Shown here: positions 50,352 through 63,129 of the stretch, in pieces
Position numbering within the stretch: the first letter of the stretch is position 1
Layout of the letters: every line of letters begins with the position of its first letter
From: Zootoca vivipara
Taxonomy: Eukaryota
Direction of reading: 5' to 3'
NCBI RefSeq assembly: GCF_963506605.1
Contig: NC_083286.1
Location: 39,122,001 to 39,186,000 of the forward strand
Length of the DNA: 64,000 nucleotides
Notes under the pieces: generated by a model
Told to the model about the DNA's origin: nothing
Databases searched by the model: none
What the model saw: only the letters and a program-made list of their open reading frames with translations
Position numbers and translations under genes: made by a program

Positions 50352-51210
50352 ATCATAGAATCATAGAGTTGGAAGAGACCACAAGGGCCATCCAGTCCAA
50401 CCCCCTGCCAAGCAGGAAACACCATCAAAGCATTCTTGACATGTGGTTGTCAAGCCTCTGCTTAAAGACCTCCAAAGAAGGAGACTCCACCACACTCCTT
50501 GGTAGCAAATTCCACTGCCGAACAGCTCTTACTGTCAGGAAGTTCTTCCTAATGTTTAGGTGGAATCTTCTTTCTTGAAGTTTGAATCCATTACTCCGTG
50601 TCCGCTTCTCTGGAGCAGCAGAAAACAATCTTTCTCCCTCCTCCATATGACATCCTTTCATATATTTGAACATGGCTATCATATCACCCCTTAACCTTCT
50701 CTTCTCCAGGCTAAACATACCTAGCTCCCTAAGCCGTTCCTCATAAGGCATAGTTTCCAGGCCTTTGACCATTTTGGTTGCCCTCTTCTGGACACGTTCC
50801 AGCTTGTCAATATCCTTCTTGAACTGTGGTGCCCAGAACTGGACACAGTACTCCAGGTGAGGTCTGACCAGAGCAGAATACAGTGGTACTATTACTTCCC
50901 TTGATCTAGATGCTATACTCCTATTGATGCAGCCCAGAATTGCATTGGCTTTTTTAGCTGCTGCATCACACTGCTGACTCATGTCAAGTTTGTGGTCTAC
51001 CAAGACTCCTAGATCCTTTTCACATGTACTGCTCTCAAGCCAGGTGTGACCCATCCTGTATTTGTGCCTTTCATTTTTTTTTGCCCAAGTGTAGTACCTT
51101 ACATTTCTCCTTGTTAAAATTCATCTTGTTTGCTTTGGCCCAGTTGTCTAATCTGTTAAGGTCATTTTGAAGTGTGATCCTGTCCTCTGGGGTATTAGCC
51201 ACCCCTCCCA
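50352..51210 (-). mobile_element. Young CR1 LINE, 5'-truncated
   Basis: 209-aa ORF with [39 protein letters not shown]-like motifs; (ATTCTATG)n CR1 tail. Confidence 0.96.
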
Positions 51211-52819
51211 GGATCACTGAGAAGTCTAGGTGCACCAGGGAGTGCACCTCATGGCACATCTTTTGTTTTGCTGGAACTTAGTGTCAGGGACATTAGAAAA
51301 TGGGAGAGAAGCACTAGCATTATAGTCAAGAAAACTAAGTCAATCCTCCCCATTTCTGAATGCACCAAATGTCCAACATTTGGAGGACCACAGTTTTTCT
51401 AGCCCTGATGTAGAAACACTTGCACAGACAATTGCACAATCAATTGCAGCATCAGTGAAGTTGGGTACACAGCACACACATTTAAAGCACATCGCCCTCC
51501 CCCAAATAAATAAATAATGGGAACTGTAGTTTACATCTCATCTCACAGAAGTACAATTCCTAGGTACAGTTCTCAGGATTCTTTGGGAGGGGGAATCATG
51601 CTCTTTAAAGGTGCCTTAAATGTATTGTGTGTGTGTGCTTAACTATTCTTGATTTCACAGACTTCACCTTTGTGGATATACCAAGAGTGGGGGAAAGCAC
51701 AGAAAAGGAAATACTAAAAATAATTTAGTTTGGAAGGACATGGTAGAGGTTTATAGAGTTATAGTGCGGTGCAAGTGGCACACCTCACATTTCTACATCT
51801 CTCAGAAAACTAGAACTCATTGGATCTGAAGTAGCACCAACACAGGCAAATGAACGTGGCGGTGGCTGCTGGTATGAATGGTTTAAGAAAAGGATTAGAC
51901 TGATTGGTCTATTCATGACCATGATAGGTAGTAAATGGTATCTCTATGTACAGAAGTAAAGTCTCAACTGTGGAGAAGAAACACCAAAGTAGGGCCATCA
52001 TCTTCCTGCTCTGTTTTTGAACTTCCTAAAGACACCTGACTGGGCACCAGCAGAAACAGTATTCTGGGACAGATGAAAACCAGCCCTTATGTGCAGTGGA
52101 ATTACGTTGAAAGAAAGTTAACCATAATGTGATTCCATTAATAACCTTTTGCCACTTGGCACAAAGATTTTTCTCCCAACGTGTCAGACTTGTGGAAGAA
52201 CAATAATGAAAATCAAATAAAATCGCAATGTACTTAACTTAGGATGCCCTGCATGAGCACCCCTATAATGTTCTAAAGCAGAGGGATTCTTATAATATAT
52301 ATGATGTCTTGAAATTACCCATAAATAAATGGGTTTATAACAGGCATGCAGAAGCATATTTCCCTGCTGGCCCATTACTAACATTCTTTCGTTCAGAGGA
52401 GCTGTCATTCATTACACATTTATTCCCCTTAATCCTCTCACTTTAAAATCCATAACCACTTTCCTTCTCTCCTCAACTTAATTTATTTTCCTCAAGTCCT
52501 CTTTGCGATAACCCTATCAATAATATTTGGAAACGCAGGTACATCATGTCCATTCTTGCCCTACAGGCATCTCTGCCCTGGCGCACCTTGATTGCGCCCG
52601 TCAGAATATAATACAAGTGAGGTAGACTAATTTGCTTAGGGCACTTTGATAAGGAGGATTCTGCTTTGGTAGAGGAGGATGCACAATGTGGCCATGATAT
52701 CTCCTCAAAGCCTTCAGTTCTGGGAATTAAATAGTTCTGCCCATAACAACCAACAAGGATGATTTCACTTCTAGCTTAGCTTTTTGCTTGGGTGTAGGCA
52801 TCGTTTTGCATCCGGAGGG

Positions 52820-53140
52820 ACCCCAGAGCATCAGCATAGCACATGCTTGGCATACAGAAGGTCCCAGTATTGATCCCTGGCATCAGCAGGCAGGACTGGG
52901 AAAGGAGACTCCTGTCTAAAACCCTGGAGAGCAATTTCCAATCAGTGTAGACCAAGGATAATTGGTGTTGCTCTCCAGATAGTTTTTGGGCTACAACTCC
53001 CTTCAGCCAGCATGGTGAATGGCCAAGGATGATGGGTACACAGATAGCCCTACAACAACTAGAGTGCACAATGATGGCTACCGCTGGTGTAGACAATAGC
53101 AAGCTAGATGAATGAAGAGTCTAAACCAGCATCTTAGTTC
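52820..53140 (+). mobile_element. tRNA-derived SINE interrupted by a hAT MITE (52953-53086)
   Basis: GAAGGTCCCAG..GATCCCTGGC head; nested MITE flanked by 8-bp TSD GTGTAGAC. Confidence 0.65.
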
Positions 53141-53994
53141 CTATACATGAAGGATCACTCATACCATCAATTCCCCACCCAAGTGGTCTGTCCTGCAGGG
53201 TGAAGGTGATGCTCCACTTGTGGAACATTATCCCCTGCAGGATTGATCCCAGTTTGGGGGTGATTGACCCCCTCAGCAGGTGTTCTGTGGAAGGGTCTAT
53301 CCTGCTGGGTGTGGGTGATGCTTCACAAGTGGGTTTCCTTTAGGCTCAACTCCTCTGCTCAACAGCGGTTGAGCAATGGGGTTGGATCCTGAAAGGAGAG
53401 GCATCCCTGGTCTCAGTTGACAGTGGGGAAGGAGACTCAAGGTCTTCTTCCCCCATCCTTGTCCCAGCTATATGCCCTAATTAAACATCATTCCCTCCCT
53501 GGAACTTATTCAGGACCAGATTGGTGATGGGATGGATTGAGGGGGAGGATGTGTACACCCCTATCATGTATATTGATGGCACAATATGGACTGATATGGA
53601 AACAGAATGCAAGACAAAACAGGCTTCCCACAGGCATTTCAGGGGGAAACGTCCAAGTAGTTATGTCAAATGAACATTCTGAAAATGTTAATGCTTTTAA
53701 CATCAAGAGGAAATCACAGAACACACAAAAAGTATACATTCCCTACATTGTGAGAACACAATGCTGGGCTAGGTGGGTTATTGGCCTGAACCAGAAGGCT
53801 CAACTTATGTCCCTATGTTTCATTGACTCCCCAATTTGGATCTTCCCCTTATAGAACGGCATTCATGGGTGGCCGTCCCACCTGGTTGCATCCGAGGGAG
53901 AGGTGAGACAACGAGGCCACCTGTGTTGGTCAACTCTCATTTTGTCTCTTCTCCTCCCAGAACTGCCTCCTCCATTGACCTCCATTTCACACCA

Positions 53995-54202
53995 TTCCAT
54001 TGACTTAGCGGAATGAAAGTTTGGGTAACTGCATTTATTTAGGAATGCATTGGGAGAAAAAATTCTTAAGTCGAAGCAACACTATCTAAAAATTCGTAAG
54101 TAGAAAAAATCCTATCTAAACCGCATCCAAGATGGCGGACGGAGCTCCATTCGTAAGTAGAAACATTCGTAAGTAGAGTTATTCGTAAGTAGAGGTACCA
54201 CT
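53995..54202. mobile_element. Tc1/mariner element right-end fragment
   Basis: Repeated TTCGTAAGT and terminal AGAGGTACCACTG|TA; no left TIR found. Confidence 0.7.
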
Positions 54203-54260
<58 letters not shown>

Positions 54261-54394
54261 AATTTGTATAGATCACAGGGTGGTTCATAACATAAAAATA
54301 CAAAATGAGAACACAAAATACACATTTTAAAAGACTATAGAACATTTAATCAGTCAAAGGCCTGGTTATAGAGAAACGTTTTCACCTGGTGCCA

Positions 54395-54565
54395 TAGGAT
54401 TGTAGAGTTGGAAGGGAAGGACCCCCAAGGGTCATGTGGTCCAATCGCCAAGTCCAACAGCTAAAGAATCCCTGGCAGATGGCCAACCAACCTCTGTTTA
54501 AAAGCTTGCAGTGAAGGTGACTCCACCACTTTCTTTTCTTCCAATTTTCTTCTTATTGTTAATCT
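54395..54565 (-). mobile_element. CR1 3' fragment
   Basis: VVESPSLQAFKQRL peptide and CR1 tail. Confidence 0.75.
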
Positions 54566-54915
54566 AAAATGTAAAGCACCCTGGCTGTTTTGGTGGCATG
54601 TTGGCATGAAAGAAAGAAAGAAAATGAAAATCCTATACAAGCCATTCAGTATGGCTAAAACAGCTCTCTGGATTGTGGCCAATGAGTTCTTAAGGCATGA
54701 ACACATCCCTGATTTATATGCCACTGGGGCATCACGAAAGAGACTTTGCAGCCCTTCAAATAAATTACATCGTAACTCCTGTAACAAAAGGGCATTATGT
54801 ATTAGGCAAGGTAGTGAAGCAGTGGCAAACACATTGTCTCTTTAATTGCTGTATTTTGGGGCTTTGCTCAGCAATGTATCTAATTTAGGTTTTTGACCTG
54901 CACATCATAGGAAGA

Positions 54916-54943
54916 CAGGCAGGCAGGCAGGCAGGCAGGCAGA

Positions 54944-54986
<43 letters not shown>
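54916..54986. repeat. (CAGG)n(CA)n microsatellite
   Basis: Direct reading. Confidence 0.95.
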
Positions 54987-54988
<2 letters not shown>

Positions 54989-55775
54989 ATATATACCCAT
55001 TGCTGCTAACCCACAGCATGACTTGTTCCAGCCATGCTTGCCAGGGTTGATGGGAGCTGTAGTTCAGCAACATCTGAAGGAGCAAAGGTTCCCCATTCCT
55101 GCTGTGAAAAATCATGTTGTATGCACATTTTCAAGCTATTCACTGTTACCCCAAATGTTATTTTGGGCCGTGGTAAGTCAAGTCTGAAGCTTGAAAGTAA
55201 CAGATATTTCTTCTGCTGCTTTACAGGGAGCGTTATTATCCAATGGCAATCTTAAACTCTTAAGGACAGTTTAATGCAATTTTGAAATTATTGTTAATAT
55301 TTCACAGCATCACCCATTATTGGTACACAACCAGGAACAGTTTGCTAGTTTCTGTTCAGTGCCTTGTTGCAACAGTGTAGGCTGAAGACCAACTGTCCAA
55401 AAATATCTCTGTACAAAGTGACCTAGAGGTGTGTTTTTAAAAATAAAAGAAGGTAATCTCTAATTGTTGACATAGCTGAGAATATGAACCAAAACATAGT
55501 CATCTTGATGGATTTCTGTATGCATTGGACTTAAATTATTGGGGTTTTTTCTTGATTCTTTTCTTGTTTTATCCTTTCTGTAAACCACTTTGCAGTTTTT
55601 GTACAAACAAGAGGTGTATAAGTTTTATAAAATAAATAAGTGATGCCCACCCCATGCTGTTGGACTACAGCTCCCATCAGCCCAGACTGCACAGCCAACA
55701 ATCAGGATGATGTTGGTTGTAGTCAAACAACATCTGGAGGGCATCATGTTGGCCCTCCAGGATTGTGACCTAAAG

Positions 55776-55913
55776 TAGGGATAGGGAGAATGTGGGCCTC
55801 CAGAAGTTGCTGGACTACAACTCCCATCATCCTTGACTATTGGCCATGCTGGCTGGGGTTGATGGAGGTTGTAGTCCAGTAGCATCTGAAAGTCCACAAA
55901 TTCCCCATCCCTG
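55776..55913. mobile_element. Short hAT MITE
   Basis: TAGGGATAGGG/CCCCATCCCTG ends; TSD ACCTAAAG/CCCTAAAG; a sister copy is adjacent at about 55640-55760. Confidence 0.8.
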
Positions 55914-57058
55914 CCCTAAAGCTTCTGCCATGCTCTGTTACATATGTATGTAGACTGGTCTAACAAAGAAAGAAAGACAAGAAAAAAGAAACCCTAGCTT
56001 TACTTTTTACCAGTTCAAACCAGCAATGCCTTTGGCCCTAACTCTTTGCCCTTGAATAAATGAGACATTGTTGAGCAAATAAAAGAGCTGCCACTTCACA
56101 TTCTGGAAACAGAACAGAGAGATTAGTGCTATCATAATGAAATACAATAGCTCAGCTAGTTCCATTTCATTTCCTGATAATGCAGCAGTCTAGAAGTCAT
56201 TCTATAATTTCCGAGGGCTGAAAACAAAGAGCATCGCTCCTTTCAGGGCAGGAAAGACCATCACTTTCTTACAGGCTTCATCCTTTCATCCTAATGTCTG
56301 CCTTCCTTGTCAACAATCAAATAAAATGTTCACAAACACGTTTTTCTCCAATGTTTTCTAAACCGAGATTCTCGGAGACAAGTCCCCTTTCGATTTCCGG
56401 CTTTGAAGAAAAGAGGCGTGTTGAAAGCAAGCTCTGCTGCTGTTTAAGAATCTCCTGTAAAACTGGCTATGGCCTGGCCACGATGATGTATTTTATGTCA
56501 TAAAATAATGGGGTTTTGATTAAATAAGTCAAGGCCTAGTCTACAGAAGCAGCATTATTACTAATATTTCAAGTATCCATCATACTACACACATTGGTCT
56601 CCCTTAAGATAAGCCAAGGACAGCAAAAAAAAATTTAGATGACACTCTTGGCAAGCGCTGGGCAATTTAACATTGCTTCCTATTTAATGTGCTGTACAGT
56701 TTGGGGACATTTCCACTCCCATTGATCAAAGTACTCTGCTTATAGCAGAGTCTCATAGGGACACACATACCAAATAGTATACATTATAAAAACACACCAG
56801 AGATTGGTCCACACAATTGGTTTCCACTATTTCATTTGTTTATTTACAGCAATTATACCACACTGAAACGCTATTCTCTCTTACGGTGGCAGTGTGGGCA
56901 CAGCCACAGGTGAGGGCACAGGTGCAGTGATGGGGTTGGCAACAGCACAGTGTGACAGCGGGGGCAGGGGGACCGGATCTGCATGCAGGGTGTTATTGTG
57001 GAGGCGGGGTGTCATCGGGGCATTTTGCCTACAGCTGCAGAGGATCTTGGTCCAATCC

Positions 57059-57870
57059 TGCACATCTGCACCACACATTTAAAACACTCTGATACGCCGA
57101 TATTTAGAAAGTTTGCTACTATTTCAACTTTTCAAAAGCCTTATATTATTTTTGTTAATTCTTCTTATTGATACTTTTGTTGTGTTTTTCATAAACCGCT
57201 TTGAGTTGTTGTTTTTCCACAATCAAGCAGTGTACAAATGTTATGAATGAATAATAATAATTTATTATTTATACCCTGCCCATCTGGCTGGGCTTCCCCT
57301 GCCACTCTGGCAGCTTCCAACAAACATTAAAATGCATCAAATATCACAGATTAAAAACTTCCCTAAACAGGGCTGCCTTTAGGTATTTTCTAAATGTCAG
57401 GTAGTTGTTTATCTCTCTGACCTCTGATGGGCGGGTGCCACTACTGAGAAGGCCCTCTGCCTGGTTCCCTGTAGCTTTGCTTCTCGCAGTGAGGGAACTG
57501 CCAGAAGGCCCTCGGTGCTGGACCTCAGTGTCCGGGCAGAATGATGGGGGTGGAGACGCTCCTTCAGCATGAATGAATGCTGTTTTAGCCGTCATGGCTT
57601 CCTGCAAAGAATCTTGGGGACTGTGCTTTGTTAAGTGCGCTGAGAGTTGTTAGAAGACACCCTCATTTTCCCTTGCAGAGCTACAATTCCCACAGCAGTT
57701 TAATACTCAATCCCTCTTCCAGGGAAACTCGGGGAATTGCTGCTCAATGAGGGGAATAGGGGTATCCTAACAACTCTGAGCACTGTTGACAAAGTACGGG
57801 GGTCTTTGCGGGAAGCCATGCCTGTTAAAGTGGTATAAGAGTGCTTTAAATGTATGGTGCGGATGTGGCC
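57059..57870. mobile_element. MITE (CACATC..CACATTTAAA family) split by nested LINE fragments
   Basis: Left end 57059-57095, remainder about 57580-57870 ending TTTAAATGTATGGTGCGGATGTG; other copies near 26485, 32550 and 51465. Confidence 0.65.
57253..57568 (-). mobile_element. L2-type LINE 3' fragment
   Basis: EVREINNYLTFRKYLKAALFREVF peptide; TSD ATGAATGAAT. Confidence 0.85.
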
Positions 57871-58692
57871 ACTAGACACCCCTCCTGAGCTGAAAACATG
57901 TGAAGGAACTATGTACAACCACGGCAGTTTCATGCATAACCAAACTAACTGCACCTGACAGCTGAATGGGCTACCGGTTGTACAACAAAGTTTGCAGTAA
58001 TATATCGTCATGTGATTGTAAGCAGCTGTTTGCCAGGGCGGGGCGCGGCGGATTATGAACCATGCCGGAGTATATTTTCCTAGATGAGAACTGATAACCA
58101 AGCAGGGACAAATCCTGTAATTTACAGCACATCATGAAAATGAATCAAAGCGTGCAATTTGTGGAAAGCACTACTGCAGACAAATAAAAAGTTATCTGAG
58201 AGATTCACTGCAGCCTCCAACAGCTTTCTGCAAGCCTTGCCTTGTATCCCAAACCCACAGGAATCCAAAGAAGCCCCCATTAACTAAAGTCGCCTGCTTT
58301 GCCTGAATAGGGCTCCAGGTTCACTTCTTGGCATCTCAAGGTAGGGCTGAGAAAAGACTTGTCCGTCAGGGTAGACAATACTGACCCAGCAAGGTGGTTC
58401 TTATGTCATATTAAAATGAGGAATGCAACACATGTTGCTTCTCCATTTCATGAATCACAGCGCCTCATTTTATATGCCCCCCAACACCTCTTGGAGCTAC
58501 TTCATTCTTCCATTTCATCAGAATTTCTTCTTCATTTCACTTTTATTTTTTCTAGCAGCTTTAAAAAAGTGCCCCCCCTATATTGTTTCAGGGACAATTG
58601 GAAAGGACAGTATTTTATTTGATAAAAAATAATTGAATTGGGAACATCAATTTGTAGGCTGACAGTTCTCTTAACATATATCATATTGCTGG

Positions 58693-58727
<35 letters not shown>

Positions 58728-59101
58728 AAGAGACATGGTTATTTGTATCCTGAAGCCAATCTAAGATTCCATATGAGAGAGAGAGAGAGAGAGAGAGAGC
58801 GCTCCCCAAAGAGGATTAAAGGTTTCTGGTTCTGAAGTAAACAGCCTTAGGCTTCCAAAGTTTAATCCTGCAACTTTGCCAAGGAATTCCTCAAGTCAAA
58901 CTCAAGGCTCAGAACTTCCACTTAACCTAGATTGATTTCTGGGGGCTCAGAAGATGCTCAGCAGCCTATGATACTGAACATATTTTTTTAAAGGAGAATA
59001 ACAACATAGTTACCATCACCATTCAATTAGAAGTGGCAAAACAATGCTTGTATTCTCAGATTCGTAAATAAATGGCCAATGACTTTTACCTACAGTACTA
59101 A

Positions 59102-59107
<6 letters not shown>

Positions 59108-59166
<59 letters not shown>

Positions 59167-59192
59167 TATCTATCTATCTATCTATCTATCAT
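59108..59192. repeat. (TC)n(TATC)n microsatellite
   Basis: Direct reading. Confidence 0.95.
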
Positions 59193-59271
59193 CACAAATG
59201 TTAGTACACTAACGAGATAATTAGTCAGCATCCTAGTATTCTAAAAAAGTACATTGTGTTTTTTCAACAAA

Positions 59272-59672
59272 TTTCCAAGCACAATTCAAAGTGTTGGTGC
59301 TGACCTTTAAAGCCCTAAACGGCCTCAGCCCAGTGTACCTGAAGGAGCGTCTCCACCCCCATTGCCCAGCGCCGAGGGCCTTCTGGAGGTTCCTTCACTG
59401 CGAGAAGTGAGGTTACAGGGAACCAGGCAGAGGGCCTTCTCAGTAGTGGCACCTGCCCTGTGGAACGCCCTCCCATCAGATGTCAAGGCAATAAGCAACT
59501 ATCTGACTTTTAAAAGACATTTGAAGGCAGCCCTGTTTAGGGAAGTTTTTAATGTTTGATGTTTTGTCTTGTTTTTAATATTCTGTTTGGTGCTGCCCAG
59601 AGTGGCTAGTGAGCCCTGGCCAGATGGGCAGGGTATAAGTAATAATAATAATGTTGTTGTTGTTGTTGTTGT
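59272..59672 (+). mobile_element. L2-type LINE 3' fragment
   Basis: RAFSVVAPALWNALP...FKRHLKAALF, the L2 ORF2 C-terminus. Confidence 0.9.
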
Positions 59673-60972
59673 TAAAAAGCAGATTCTCCATTCCCCATCA
59701 GACACCTCACAGTTAAAAAGAGCCAAACAAACATGGAGGAGGAGGGCCATCAGAGACAAGAAGGCATACAGGTTGATGGAAATCACAGATATACAATCAC
59801 TCTAGTATTGCATCATTAGGATTAAAAATGTGTTATTTTTCACATTGCCAAAAAGGCTACAACACTACCCAATACTTCAATGGTGTTTAAAAAAACAAAA
59901 CAAAAATCTGTTTTTTAGTGCTTTCCATTATTAAGATCATCTTTATTAACACAGTCAGCAGCACTATAGGCCTGACCTCCATTACGATCAGTAGACCATG
60001 CAGACACTTAAAGAGATTTGTATTATATGAAGGGCATAGATCAGGAAGCTTAATGATTTGCAGATGGGAATTTTTCAAGACAGCCAACAAAACTAGGAAC
60101 TATATATTGAATATCCTTTCAATGGAGATTGCTTTCAAGGAGTTAATACCTTTCTAATCTGTCTTTCTTTTTTCACTCAGACAGCTAATTTTTGTTACAA
60201 AGATCCTGCATTTATTAGCTGTCACCTGGTTTGCTTTACTAGCCCCAAATGCTAAGTGCTATACAAAAGAGAGAGAGGCAAAAAGTAACATTTCAAAGCC
60301 TTCTTGTAGGCTTACCATTGAAATGCTAAGCTTTATGGACAGGGTTGTTACAGATCTCCAGGCCTGCAGCAAAACTAGCGTTAATTTTAAAAATGAATGA
60401 GAAGCTTAAAAATGAATGAGAAGCTTAATGAATGAACCCCCATTCATTTTTATAGTAGAAAATTAATGGGCATTTGAATGAATGAATGAATGAATGAATG
60501 AATACAAAATGCAAATTGATTTATTGCTTTTAATTGTGGTATATTACAGGCATTGTTTTGCATTGAAGAAATAGGCTAGAACTCTATGTTCAGTTTACAG
60601 AAAACAGAGAACAGAGAGAGGACAGTGAAACAGAAAGAATGGAACAGTCTATTTAGCTTCTATTGCAGTTAATCTGTGTGTGTACACATTTTTATTTCCT
60701 TTACAATGGAGACCGTTTGTCTCATCTATTTGGAATTTCATGCCATTTTGTTAGAACACACCGAAGTTATAAGCAGCTGAAGAGTGGTTGATATCCTATT
60801 GAAGTCAATGGAGGAACCAATTAACAAGTTAATGACTAGGAAATGAAATGAATTACGATTGAAAAATAAAAATAAAGAATTGGAAACAAATTCTCTCCAT
60901 TGCAACACTTTGAATTAAAGAAATTCTTGTTTTTCTCCTGTAACATCTGGATGCCTGTTGCTCAGGCATAAA

Positions 60973-60975
<3 letters not shown>

Positions 60976-61021
<46 letters not shown>
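60976..61021. repeat. (TAA)n microsatellite
   Basis: Direct reading. Confidence 0.95.
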
Positions 61022-62357
61022 CTGCCATACACCATAAGCTTTGAAGATGTTTAGGAGCAAAGTACGGATCCCTTCCTACAGAAACAGCATCATGTGCATC
61101 ATATGTCAGTAGTTTTGATACAGAATATAGCACTCAAGAATATAGCAAACCAAGAAGACTGAAATGGTGCTTAAGTGAATGGCATGAGTAACTGAAGAGA
61201 ACTGAGCCAGTGGACTTTCCTTGGCATGAATTATGGGCTAGCAGGATAAGGATTTGTATCATACTGAGAGATTAGGTAAGGATGAAAGCATTTGGAATTT
61301 GACTGAACACCAGGCGTAACTCATTAATCATGAGCTGTCACGTACAGCATTGAGATTTCATGAAGGCTCTGTGGCTGGAATTTTCTACCTCAGTTCTTGA
61401 GGACAGTATGGGGGTTTGCATTTATGGTCTCCATTCTGTATTCATGCAACAAGACACACACATGTTATTTTTCCATTCAAATCGAGCAGCTATCAAGAGA
61501 GCACATCTATGCGAGAAAGCGAGGCCTTACTTTTTTCTGGAATGCATCTGAACAAACAGCAATAAATCTTTGTCTTTGTGCGCTCGGGCCCACTCTCATT
61601 GGCAGCTCACCTCTGACCGCTTGAGCGTAGGATGCTTCTAGGTTTGTTTGCACTCTTTCTGAAGAGCATCTCTAGGGGAGCTTGGCTACAAGTGACCCGT
61701 GGAGTTGGACAGCTGTGCAACGGCAATTCGGTGCCAAGAAAACCAAACCCCCTTTAACAGGTTCCTTAGACATATGGCGCGGCCATCTGTAGCAACTGTT
61801 GTCATCTCCACCCTCCACACACAACATGCACTATGTTGGCTGGGCTGGAGGTGTTGGAGTTTGGCATCGAATGGGCAAACACAGATGAATTATTGAGTAG
61901 CCCCTTTTATAACGTATTCATAATTCACATGGTTGCTCTGATGTTCTCTGCAGAGGATGTGGCGAATGTTCCCATACAAAATAGCTCTGGGGCAACAGTT
62001 AATGGAAATCACTCTATCAGATGTCAGGTCTGTTTTCTTTCGCTAGCACACTCTGGCCTATACCGTCTCCAAAAGGATCACCTTCATTAAAGGAGAAGGA
62101 AAACAGGGGAATCTATGTCAAACAAACAGCGTAAGGTGTGTGCTTTAAATGGGTGGTTAAATGTGATACGCTCTGGTCCACAGGTTCCTGTTTCACTGAT
62201 CTTATGTGGGAGTGTTATGAGGGAAAGAATGCACAATACTGCACTTAGGACATCCCCTCTCTGCCCACCCTACACAGGTACCAGAATGAGGTGGAAAAGC
62301 TGACTGTGGGTAGGGAGGCTTATTTTGAATGTTAAACCAACATAAGGCAACAACAAT

Positions 62358-62508
62358 ATAATAATAATATAATAATAACTTCTTATTTGTACCCCACCCA
62401 TCTGGCTGAGTTTCCCCAGACACTCTGGGCGGCTTCCAACAGAACATTAAAATGCAACATTAAAAGCTTCCCTAAACAGGGCTGCCTTCAGATGTCTTCT
62501 AAAAGTCT
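62358..62508 (-). mobile_element. L2-type LINE 3' end
   Basis: Same family as 9067. Confidence 0.8.
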
Positions 62509-62942
62509 AAAATAATAATCCTACGAGCAGAAACAGCAAAATGAAGGCAGCACCACAATCTCTCTCTGAGGTATTGCTTTCTGATTTGAGTGGGCTTCCC
62601 TACCACCACCTTTAAAATGGCACCCCTCACTCACAGCCTCAAATGGTATAATCCATAGCCCAAGACATTTTGCTGTCTGAGGTGAAATACAAAAGTGCCC
62701 CTCTCCTCTCCCCACGCCACCCACCACAACCCATACAGCAGCAGACTGGACCGGCAGTTGAATATTGGTTCAATGCTGGTGACAGAACAGCATCCTCCCA
62801 CTTCACCTGAGGGCAGCAGACTAGTAAATCAAGTGGCACACGCTGCATTGTCCTCCTTGCTATAGCTCGCTGACCCCCAGCATTTGCTACCTGAGGTAAC
62901 TACTTCAGTCTGCCTACTGGCAGGGCCAGCTCTAACAATCTA

Positions 62943-63129
62943 CAGTCGTACCTTGGTTTTCGAACAGCTTAGTTCTCAAACATTTTGGAACACCGCAAAC
63001 CTGGAAGTGAGTGTTCCAGTTTGTGAACCATTTGTGGAACCCGAAAATCCGACAGGGCTTCCACGGCTTCCGATTTGGTTTCTGAATGTTTTTGAAGTCG
63101 AACCTTGAAAGGCTTCCAAGTTACGACTG
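62943..63129. mobile_element. Tc1/mariner MITE
   Basis: CAGTCGTACCTTGG/CCAAGTTACGACTG TIRs, TA TSD. Confidence 0.88.

Noticed and set aside
50425-51054. 209-aa ORF as a host gene
   Set aside because: It is the CR1 ORF2 C-terminus
57980-58075. CpG-island promoter (GGGCGGGGCGCGGCGG)
   Set aside because: Only a few dozen GC-rich bases; too short to call
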